From positions 1 through 64,000 of the forward strand of contig CDROCS010002120.1 of NCBI GenBank assembly GCA_977020255.1: DNA of 64,000 nt, read 5' to 3'. A program made the translations under genes and the position numbers. The stretch is from Obrimoposthia wandeli (Eukaryota). Every line of letters begins with the position of its first letter. Within the stretch, counting starts at the first letter, position 1. Shown one piece after another: positions 27,901 through 39,900 of the stretch. A model generated the notes under the pieces. The model worked only from the letters and a program-made list of their open reading frames with translations. It was not told the origin of the DNA and searched no databases.

Positions 27901-30900
27901 ATACATGCATTAAGGAGCGAAAGACTTATCAAACCATATAGTTTCCCTCAGAATAGGAATTTGGAGCGTGATTATATTTGGTAAAGCGAATGATTAGAAA
28001 TACTGTGTATGTAACGCCATAAACTTACTCTCAAATTTTAAATGGGTACGATGGGGCTTTCTTCATTGATGACGATTTTTTAATACGTATGTCTCATGGG
28101 TCGATGTTGGTAAGCCAAATTGGTGATGTGGAATGAACCATATATATTTGTACTGTAAATTTATGTTGAATGTCTAATATACATGGGTACACATTAAAAA
28201 TTGATGCGGAAAATAGCGTAAGAATTTGCCTTATCCCAAATGCTAGCATGTCATGCACTTTTCCGGAATGACACATGCCTATTCGACACTAGTCGCACGT
28301 CATTCACGCCATTGAAAAAGCAGGTGATTTGATCGCCAAGACAATTTTATAATCTTAACATGGAATTAAATACTGAATTGTAAAAGTTGCTTTCTTTAGT
28401 TATTTATTTACTATCAAATTAATAAAATTGCTGAAATATTTTTGTCAGTTTTTTAACTATTTTATAATTTAAAATCAAAATAAAGTATTAATTTGATTCA
28501 AATTGATATAATATTTTCCTTTTAAACTATTTTGATGAGTAAATATTTTAAAAATTTGCATTTGATAAATTTCTAGGAGAAAAGGATATAAAAGGTGGAA
28601 AAATACGATATTTCGATAATAAGTTTTGTTATATTAGATATGAATTAATTTGAGCATTGACAATTTTACTTTTGGATGTTTATAAATATTTATACGACTT
28701 AATATTAGCATTAGGTAATAAAAAAAGTGTCAGTTCATCAAAGAATTGACGAAATTAACCGTGACAAATTGAACTTGACTATAAAAATCAAAATTTTGTA
28801 TTTAATAAGTTGCATTTTTTTAAAGGTATCAAAAAACAAGATAGCGATATTTTTAATTGCTTATTATTTTGCTCGACTGACATTTAAACATCATTAGAAC
28901 TACAACTCTCCATGATCTGCAGATACGACGGCTGTCTTCTCTCCTTACTTCTTTCTTTGTTATCGTCTCTCATTCCATCATATTATGTTGATATCGTTTC
29001 TGGAATCCTCTAAACTCTTCACCATTGTCCCTTTCAGTTATCCCTGGGCCTTTGAGTAATTTAGCTGAAACTGATAGACATCAGCTACATAATGTTGAAC
29101 TGCGTCCACTCCAACCTGAGTAGTTCCGTTGAAACTTTTGGCTGTTCCGATATGGATATATCTTTCCACACCCGCAGCATTTGATTGTTTTACGCATGAC
29201 ACCAATTTTAATATTGTTCCAATGTAAGCAATTTTGCTTAGTAGGACTTTGTCCTCACCGAAGAATGGAATTCATTGAATCTTCTCTCTTGAGGTCAAGA
29301 AAGTCCCGCCGATGTCCAAGCTTCCAAGCTATTGAAATACAAAATCTACCATGTTCTACAGCTTTTGATTAGAATCGTCAATGATTCCAATAGAAAAAAG
29401 AATTTTAAGTGTGTGCGCTAAACTAACTTTGTTAAACTTTTGAACAACCTAACTTTGTTAAACTTTTGATGGCATCTGACAATCAGGTAAAAAATGCAGA
29501 TTAAACGAGATTTCCACTGTGTACATCTGCATCAAATAACCAACTCACACATCGATTAATTTCTGCTTGCAAACATTTCAAATACAGCCCAGGACTGAAA
29601 GAAAAAGTCATTTAATAACCTGACTAACTTTTTGATAGTTTTCTTTGTCTTCATCTTCTATGCTTCGACATACTGAAAAGCAGCTCCAGCCAGAAACAGT
29701 GACATATAATTCTGTAAATCATCAACTCTTCGAAGGTGAACAACCAATTCGAGCTTTGCAACAAACTTGAAAAGTCATTGAATTGTAATAAAAATTATAT
29801 TCATCCAACACACATTTTTGAACAAACTTTCAGAGTTTCAACAAAATACAACATTTATTATTATAAAAAATAATATTTTTAAGAATAAAATAACAATTCC
29901 TATAAATTAGTTAAACTTATGAAAAATATACAAGGGGTAGATTACATTTTTTTTAGATACTTAGACTTTACGTTTTTGCATGTACTTCATATTTATAAAG
30001 TCTCATATAGTGCTTAAGTGGCGGTGGTATGGTACAGTCGGTAAACGTGATGACTTATTATCACAGCATATGGGGAATTTCAGAAGCTAACCTAAATAGA
30101 AATCCAAGAATCGTAGGCATCTGTGTGAACTTTCTCTTGATGGAATTCAAGTATTATATGCACTTAATCTTCCAATTTCAATCCGCCACCTTGACCATTG
30201 TACGATTGCCGCCAGTAAACAGCTCTTGTACGGTTGAAAATTGAATGTATGTCTCAGTTTGAAATATTCTCGTTATACATACACTTTTACATACAAACAT
30301 ACTCCATACACACATGCACAGATTTAAAGGACAGAGACACCCCTGGGCGGGTGTATTAGACCAGAGATATCCACCTACTGTACACCATTGAAAATCAAAA
30401 TGTAATTGTACTTTTAAGTGTGCTATCAGTGAAAAAAGCACTATTGAAGGTCATTGTCAAACAAAACAAAAAAACAGATAGAAAGGTCTATCTTAGCTTC
30501 TATTGAATATAATGAATATTAAACAACATTTTATTCAAAGTTGTAAAAATTAATTTTTAATACATTTTATTTTATTTAACAGAGGTGCTCGATCAATTTC
30601 ACAGTATTCGAGTCAATATGGTTATGGAAACGGTCGATTTACCTTGGATGACCTTCGGTGTCAAGGGCTGGAATCAGATATAAATGAATGCACGCATACT
30701 CCTTGGCTCAGCCATAATTGTGGTGGGGTAGAAATATCCGGATTGATTTGCTCTAGACCGACGAGTAAGATAATCTATATTATTATTAACAGCTATTTTA
30801 ATCGTGCTTCATGTTACTTTTGCTTCAAAACAAGTTTATTCAATTCTCAATCCATTACTGATTAATGCTAAGTCATCATGCGTGAAAGCTTTTCTCAATT

Positions 30901-33900
30901 ATTTTAATAATTTTCTCAAATATTAACAAACATTTATTTTTGAGTAATTTGTTTTGTTTTATATAAACACATGATTTCGAAATAAATATATATAAAAACG
31001 TATGGCATGTTTTTTAAAACTTAAATATTTGAATTAAAATAATTAAACTTGATGTATTCAGATTCATGGAACGAAAAAACAACAAAATAAATTAGAAGCA
31101 TGTAGAAAATACATAATTATGCTTTTTTATCATTTGTGCTCATTTAAAACATTAACTCTATAGCTGTGGTTTGCGGCAAATTTTTTAAAGGATCTAAAAG
31201 ATTTAAAACACAAACGAGAAGAAAGATTGAGTATCCTAAATATTTCAACAATAAAAGGTTGAAAATCAAACAATGAATATGAGTATATTTCAAGACCGTT
31301 TTTCATTTGATCGAAAACTTGATTTATTTAAGAATCATGCAATTCTTATTGAATTAAAACTTGAAATCATTAAAAGTCTGTAAAAGTTAAGAATTTATCG
31401 ATATTGATAATTAAAAGCTTTTAAAAATCTTCTTATCCAAATAAATGTTTTATTCAAAACCACATTAATGCCACAACAACGGTTTAAGGATGAAAGCTAT
31501 TATAAAATGATTAGGCAATAATACTATGCCAAATTCTTGTTTTTACATAAATGGCAACTGTATAAAAAATATTTTCATTTTAAAACTAACAATGGTCATA
31601 TGATAGCTTGTCTATAAAAAAGAAACATATGCTCAATTTAAACTCAATCAGGTATATAATATTATTAACTAGATTTTTAGTCATTTAACTATTTATATTT
31701 ATTAATTTAATTTATATATTATATAGCTATCCTTCTGAAGAATTCTTCCTTGAGAAAACTTTAAAAGTATTTTTTTAAATTTTCGAGAAATATCTAAATT
31801 TCTTGAGAAAAAGTATTTGTATAAAATGTATCGAACACATATTTTATTTTCATATATAATTTCCTCTGAAACGTAATTGAATTTTTTTCTTCTGCCGCTG
31901 ACAACCTTTCTATATTATGATTCATTTCCATTATCGTTCTATTTTCTAGTTAACATTTTTTATATTAATGTCATATGACATTTATATTATTTGCTTTTAA
32001 TATTGTTTACGTGATTATATTTTCTTATTGTATAACAAAATTAACAGCATTTTGAAAATAACTCAAAACAAGGAAAGTGCAATTTAAGGTAAAATATCGG
32101 CGACGATTGGACTAGAAGGTGTACATGCCTTCAAAAGCGAAAAGATCATTTAAAAGAAACAAATGTGATGATACAACAATTCGATTATTTTTAATAAAAC
32201 CAACAATGGGAGAATTAGTATCAAAATTGGCAGCTGATGCGATTTGATTTAACAAAATTGCTAGAAGTGAATTTATTACACAAAGCATGGATAGCAGAGA
32301 ATATAATCTTCCACGAAATTACCCAAATGTAAATCAATTAATGCTAAAGGTTAATGAAAAAAAAATTCAAATAAATAATAAACACAACGCTGATGAAAAG
32401 AAATTTAGCGCATCTATAGATTAGTGGAGAAGCATGAAATATCAAAGATATTTGGACGTACATCATTATGTTTACCCATACTGATTCAGATAATTTGGGA
32501 ATGGTTCCATATGGTCAACGGCCATACTAAAGTGGGTATGCCAGAAATCGTCTCCCTAAAGCCAAGCGCCGGCTTTAGAAAAAAAAGTGGATGAATATGG
32601 GAATTGCTGCGATTTATTGCAGAAATTAGCCGTTGACACCCCGAAATCCCTGAACACTCTAGTTATGATGGTGATCAATGGTGTAAAAACTGGCGACTTA
32701 CGGGTTCGTCATGGGTTCGAACTGACGATTAACTGCCATTTATAATTAGACGTTGATTATTAACGGCAAATTGAATTCTTTTGAAATATCGTTTTAAGAC
32801 TGTATAATATCTACAATGGGTTATGGTGCTGCTGTTATGCAGAAAAGTGGAAGATTATCAACAGCAATTCAAGAACTCCGCAATAATCATGGGTTACGTT
32901 TGGTCGTTTGAAAAGTGTTTTATTTTAAGAAGCAGCATATTGATAGATTTTTACTAAGAAATAGTTGGAATCTGATAACGAATCCTAAATAGAATTTTCA
33001 CAACATGGAAATAATATCACTTACGACTCTGATACTGAAATTGTGGATGATAATAATGTGTATTCACTACCCGACATTGAAGAAACAACAAAATTCCATA
33101 GATAATTAACAAAAAAACAGAAATTCACCTTATAAAAAATTCCCTATTACAGAAATATGTAGTAGAAGAAGAAAAATAAGAGTAAATTGTACTTTAAGAT
33201 TGTAGAATCAGGTGGAAATGATGGTAGAAAGATTTCAAAAGACTTGTGAACCAATCCAAAACATATTATTCGATTTAAATTTGTGAATGAGAATTATATC
33301 GAGATTGGTAAAATTGTTTTGACAGCATCAAAGCGCCCCCATAATTTTCATCGAAAATTTTAGTGAAGACTCAACATTGTTAACTGTTGAAATAGAGTTT
33401 TAAAAATTATACAAAGCTTTGGAAGAATTAAACTTAGATATGAGTTATCAGCTCTTGAATGCAGTTAAAGAAGAAATATTTAAAAGGACAGATAATACTT
33501 TAATATCTCTTATTAGACTTCTCCACGATCCTAAAAGCATTGTCCAAAAAGAAACCGATATTGATAAATTAACTTGGCCAAAACTATTTCATCTAGAATT
33601 TTAGGAACAAACTTCTGTGATAATGAAAATTATTTTTAGAAACTCATAGAGGTTTAAAGGAAAGTCTTGCAGGAATTACAACAAAAAAATATTAAAACAA
33701 CAATAAATTATTCGATTTTGGAAAGCCTAAAGAGTTCAAATTTCCAACTGCTGATGCAGATCAATTTTGAACTTTAATACAAAATTGTAAAATATTTGAA
33801 GCTAATGGAAAAATAACTCCACTTTTACAACAAAGGTTGAATGCTTTGCTTACTATTAAACCAAATTTGATGCAAAATCAGCTAAATTTTTCTATAGCTA

Positions 33901-36900
33901 CAGATTTGGTTTTCTAAACAACGATCAAGAATGTTAGACTCAACATTAAACCCTCATTATTATTTTATTATTTGGATAAAAATAACAATTGTGCTTGAAA
34001 ATATCTTTTTATTAATGTTTTTGACTGAATTGTAATTTATATTTATGTTACATAATTATTTTATTTATTTTTCATTAAAAATGTAAATTATAGTGCATTA
34101 TAATTTTATTTTCAAAAATTTTTCTTTTCGATAAATGAGGAACTTTATTAACTTGCATACATTTTTGGGATATTTGGTACTTGCAAAAAACATCAGTTTT
34201 CCCGTGTCTAATTTAAACTGATGTTTTTTATCGATCGTAACTTTTGTACGTTTTTTTATATTTCTTTGTGGGTACACGCCTGGTCAAAATTTTTATTACG
34301 CTTCAATTTAGGTGGCACAAAATATTGCAATTTCAAAATTGTTTACTGCCCCTGACTCAGTAATGACACTAAATAATCTCACAATGAATTGTACTTTAAA
34401 AACGAAACTCAGATTAGAAAAATAAAATATTTATTCATGACGTAAAAAATAAAATTTTAACGCTAAAAACCTCCAATTATTTTTGCTTATAAATTCCAAG
34501 AAGAATATCTTAGAATCATGAAAGTGTTTTTGATTCAGCTGGTCCAAAATCAACTTGTCGGCAGTTATCTTGCATTGTGGTTCATATCTTAGTCCTTTGA
34601 AGATAATATTGGTACATATACCTATATCGGCAAACAATGGTTTTTTATCTGCAGCTATTGAGCAAAATTATACCAGTCTTCGTGTCGTTCTAAAGATCTA
34701 ATTAAGATATTCTAAATGTTTCTTAATTAATATAAAACCTGTAAATGATTTTCTCTAAAATGCAGCGACCAGAATTGCGATAAATCATATAATTGTTTTA
34801 AACTTTGCAAAAGTATTAAAAAGAATATATCTGAATCTTCGGAATCATTCAATAGATCGTAAGTAAACGTAATTTCAGGGTTTGGGAGTCAAATCTCTAT
34901 ATTATCCATGTATTTTGTGTAAATAGTGGCACTAATAAATTTTCAAAAATATTATGAGTAGGTGGATGTGTCCGGTCTAATCCACACCCCCTCTCCCCCC
35001 CTTGTCCTTTAAAACCGTGCATGTGTGTGGAGTGAAATTTCATGTATGTGTGTCTTCATCCCACCCAAAGGGGGAAGGAAGGGGGTACCCCCCCACAACA
35101 TTTTTTTAAAATTTTACCACGAATCTCAAAAGTGGTTAGAGAAGACCACGATAATCCATATTGACCCCGGCGGCTTTTCGCAGACGAGATTTCAAATATT
35201 ACTACTATTTTTAAGAAAGATTTTATATTAATAAATTACTACATGTTAAATATCTATGTCAGTTTTAGAATTTAGAGGAGAAAACTCGGTCAGATCTATA
35301 TAATTTAGAGGAGAAAAAAACAAAATACGAGACAAAATTATTTTTTCAAAATATTTATTAAACATAAAACAACATATTGGCTTCACTCAAAGTCCAGAGA
35401 GGCTGCATTTTCCCGTCATCAGCAAAATATCCATTGAGACGTATTGAGATATTCCATAGTTCTTCATCTAGAATTGGAGCAATCAAATATCCTAGATCAT
35501 CTTTAAAATCCAGGCTGGGATCAGTTTCAAGCTGGAAACAATTTCCTTCATATACATAATCAGGAATGTAAAATCCCAAAATATTTTTCAATTGATCAAT
35601 ATCAGTTGTTGTTTAAATTTCGATGAGATATTTATTCTGCACTTTTGATATTTTCACAGGATTCATAACTCGTATAATTTGATGCCTCTTTAAAATATTA
35701 CATAGTTTTCCTTTTGAAATTCTTTCTGGATAATAAAAATTTGCTACACATCTCTTATCCATTCTAAAATAAGGAAACTGATTAAAAACAATGTTTATAA
35801 ATAAAATACATATAAGATACAAATAAGATACAAATAAAACTGATTATTAAATGAAAGAAACACAGTAAAACCGATTACAATTTATTACACGCAAAAAGTT
35901 AAAACATAGAAATATGAGCACGTTCAATTTTCCACATAGGCAACTTTGTTCCCATTTCATCTTTCTTGTAACCATAAAGTCGAATTGTTACAGTCCATTG
36001 CTTCTTTTTCGGAAACGCATCAATATCAACATATCTTCCATAGTCATCTAGAAATGCTTCATCGGCTCCCCGGATATAAAATTCGTTCTTATTGAAAGTA
36101 AAATTCGGAACTGCCTTTTCAACTTTCTGTTTAAGATATTGAAAATCAGGTTTTTGAATACCTGATAGATAGTAGCTGAACTTTCTTCTTTCAATTGTCA
36201 CAGGATTTACTAAAGCAATCAGTTGAGCCTTCTTCAAGAATCTGACTTTGTATTTGAAATATTGTTTCACTTCTTCATACATATCCTTATCCGATTCTTC
36301 AAACATTCCTATATCTTCGTCATCGCTTAATACCCGTTGGCTATCGTCCATCGTTTATAATTGTCTTTGATATGAATGCATTAACTGTGATTTGTCCTCC
36401 AATGGCGCATTCTTTTATACTAATTTCTAACAAAGACATGAATCTCATTGGTTAATATAACTAAAGCATTGAATTTGATTGGACTAAATCTATATTAAAA
36501 ATCAAAATTGATTGGAAGAAATATATCATCCAATTATAATAGGTTTGCAAGATAATTACAAGAAACGTGCAATAAAAAAGCAGGTTCAGACATATATAAA
36601 GAAGATTTTACAGAATACAATTTCAGTCTAATGAAACTCGTAAATATAAATTATAAAGGTAGAACAGAAGATGATGTTTCATACTTACCATTCAATGAAT
36701 GGAAGCCTAGACAATATGTAGAAAAGTTTGACAATTTCACAGTTGTTATTTTTCCTACAGGTTAGTTTTTTATTTTATTTTCATATTTTATTTTTTAGGA
36801 AATTGTCGTGTTATGGGATGCAAAATATCAATGCTTGGGTTCAATTTACCATTTGGAATTCAAATCACTGCAATACAATCAATCACGATTTCGGCTAATC

Positions 36901-39900
36901 TCGTGAAACAGATAAATCTTTTTAAAACTGCAGAGAAAATGAAAGAAGAATGCATGTTTGAACCAGAAATTTTTCCTGCTCACAGTTATTTGAAGTTTAA
37001 ACCGCTATGTATGAATATATTTTCCAGTGGTAAAGTTATGATATTGGGATTGAAAAATTTTGATTATCCAAACATTGTTGATTTGATTTTAGAAAATATA
37101 TCTTATTACATCTTGTTATCTTTTCTATAAACAAACCCGTTTAAACTTATTGTTTTGAATGAATAATACTATAAATAGAGACAATGAAGTAGATCGGCTT
37201 GCCGACGAAATATTTTCTGGAAAAATAAGGGGTAAAGAAATTTTATCAGAATTAAAAAATAATGATATAACAAGAGATAACATTGAAATATTGGTTAGAT
37301 CACACGTTATTCGAGAATTTAGAAATCGTACACAAATAAATAAAATTATAGCCAAATATTCATTAATTAATTTTTGTATTTCATCTACAATAGCTCTAAC
37401 ATTGTACATTTCAATAAGGAAACTTCTATGATAATATAAACAATATTAAAAATGAAAGAGTATATGCAATGGAGCTAAATAATAATGCTGTATTTCAAAT
37501 AGTTGGCCCAAGTGGAAGTGGAAAGACACATTTCGTCTGTAAATTGTTGCAAAATGAATCTCTTTTCAAATCTAGTTTCAAAAATATTTATTGGCATCAT
37601 GGTGGAGGAGGGGAAAGCGAGTTAACCAAAACAGAAGTTTGCAAGTTGAAGGGTATAAAATTTATTGAAGGATTTGATGCAAATTGGTGTGAAAGATTGC
37701 AAAAAGAAGATGTAATAATAATTGATGATTTGTATCAGGAAGCTACCAAGGAATCGGACTTTAATAACTTATTTACAAAGATTGCAAGTCATCGTGAAGT
37801 GACAGTTATATTTATCACTCAAAATCTTTTTCACCAAGGAGGTCACCGTAGAACAATAAATCTTAATGTACATTACTTAGTTTTATTTAAAAATCCTAGA
37901 GATCAAACAGTTGTTGATTTTGTGGCCAGACAGGCATTTCCTCAAAATAAGAACTTTCTAGTTGATTCATTCCACGATGCTGCTAAACAAGCACATGGGT
38001 ATATATTTATTGACTTTACACAAGCTTGCCCAGATGATTTACGTGTTTTAACAGACATATTTAATTCTAAGGGAGTAACTGTTTATAAACAAATAGAGAA
38101 CAATTATAAAAAATAAATTCGCAATGCCTTTTAAAAAGTTGATAGTAAAACGTAAAGTAAAATCTAAGAAATCAAAAAAAAAGAATCATTAAGAAAAAAG
38201 AATTGAAAAAATTAATCAAATCTGTAGTTAAAAATAAAAAAAAACTTAAATGGCTTCGAATATAAACAATATTTAAATTGAACCTTTTTCATTAAAATGA
38301 AGAAAATACAAAGATGCACACCCTATTTTAAAGGTTTAGTCAAAGCCTCTTCTAATAAGAGAATGATTATTCTTAAAGCATTTCCATCTTTTGTTGTAGA
38401 TGATTTATTGGAAGTTTTGTATAATATAGTTTTGGGTCGAGTAAAAGTTAGAAATCGAAAAAATATATTAAAGAAATATAGAAAAACTCTTCTAGATATT
38501 GCTAATGTAAAAAGTAAAAAAAGGAAACGAAATATTATTCTTAAACAAAATGGTGGTTTCATAGGGGCTGTTATTCCAGTTGTTGCTTCAATTATCAGTA
38601 GTATTATAGCTGCGACACGTTCATAAAAATTATTTCTAAAATCAGCTAAAGATATGGGTGCTAGCCCTTCTTTACCTAAACTTAAAATTTCTTTCTATTC
38701 AAATTGTTGTAATGGAGAAGATATGGTTCAATCCAAAAGATCCAATTGGCTACACAGGAGTTTCAAAATTAGCAAAAAGAACAAAACAAAATTACAAGAA
38801 AACGCAGAAATGGCTGAGCGACCAGTTAGCCTACAGTTTGAACAAGCCGATCAGAAGAAGGTTTCCAACTAGAGCTTACAAAACCAGCGGTCCTAATAAT
38901 TTATGGCAAATGGATTTGATGGAGATGATCCCATATTCTTCCATTAATAAGGGATATCGATATATTTTAATATGTATTGATGTATTTAGCAGGTTTGCTC
39001 GTGCAATTCCAGTTAAAGCAAAGTCTTCAATAGCTATGCTTGAAGCCATTAAAGAAATATTAAAAGAGGATATTCCACAAAATGTGCAAACTGATTTAGG
39101 AAAAGAATTTTATAATAAGCAAGTTCAATCATTATTTAAACAAAATAATATAAATCATTACTCTGTGTTTTCACAATACAAAGCAGCAGTAGTAGAAAGA
39201 TTTAATCGTACTCTACGAGATCGGATAAAAACGTATTTCACAAAAGAAGGAAATAAAAAATGGATCCAAGTTTTACCTAAAATAATACATGCATATAATC
39301 ACTCTGAACATAGAGGTCTCAAGGGAATGAGACCTGTTGATGTTACTAATAAAAACTCTATATACATTTGGATGATCAGGAATAAAAAAGATAAAATTAA
39401 AAAAGCTAAATATAAGAAAAGCGAATATGTTCAAATTTCGAAAATTAGCTCTACTCTATTTATTAAAAACTTTGATCAGAATTGGAGCGATGAAATATTT
39501 TGTATAAGTAAAATTGATCAAAAGAGTAATCCAATAATGTATACTATTAAAGATGCTGACAATAATATCGTTCACGGTAAATTTTACGAGCAAAAACTAC
39601 AAGTAATATCAATAAACCTAGCGTTTTCCGTATTCAAAAAATATTAAAATCTAAGGGTACAGGTAAACATAAACAATACTTTGTTAAATGGCATGGTTAT
39701 TCAGACCCAACTTGGATATCAGCATCTAATATAATATGAATTCTATGTATATGGTTTTACCAAGTAACGGATGTCCGAAGACTCAACCAGATAATTACGC
39801 TATTAGCTTTATTATCGATTGGGAAAATCCTATAAATCTCCAAGGAGAATGGGAAGCGGCTTTAACAGAATTTTCCTTTTATTATTCTCCAATTACTATC

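Noticed and set aside
30036-30060. Degenerate left TIR partner for the solo TIR at 30378
   Set aside because: Similarity to AGTAGGTGGATGTG is only partial and there is no matching 6 bp TSD.
32700-32780. tRNA/SINE-like B-box (GTTCGAACC, minus strand)
   Set aside because: No A-box or cloverleaf found; insufficient to call a tRNA or SINE.
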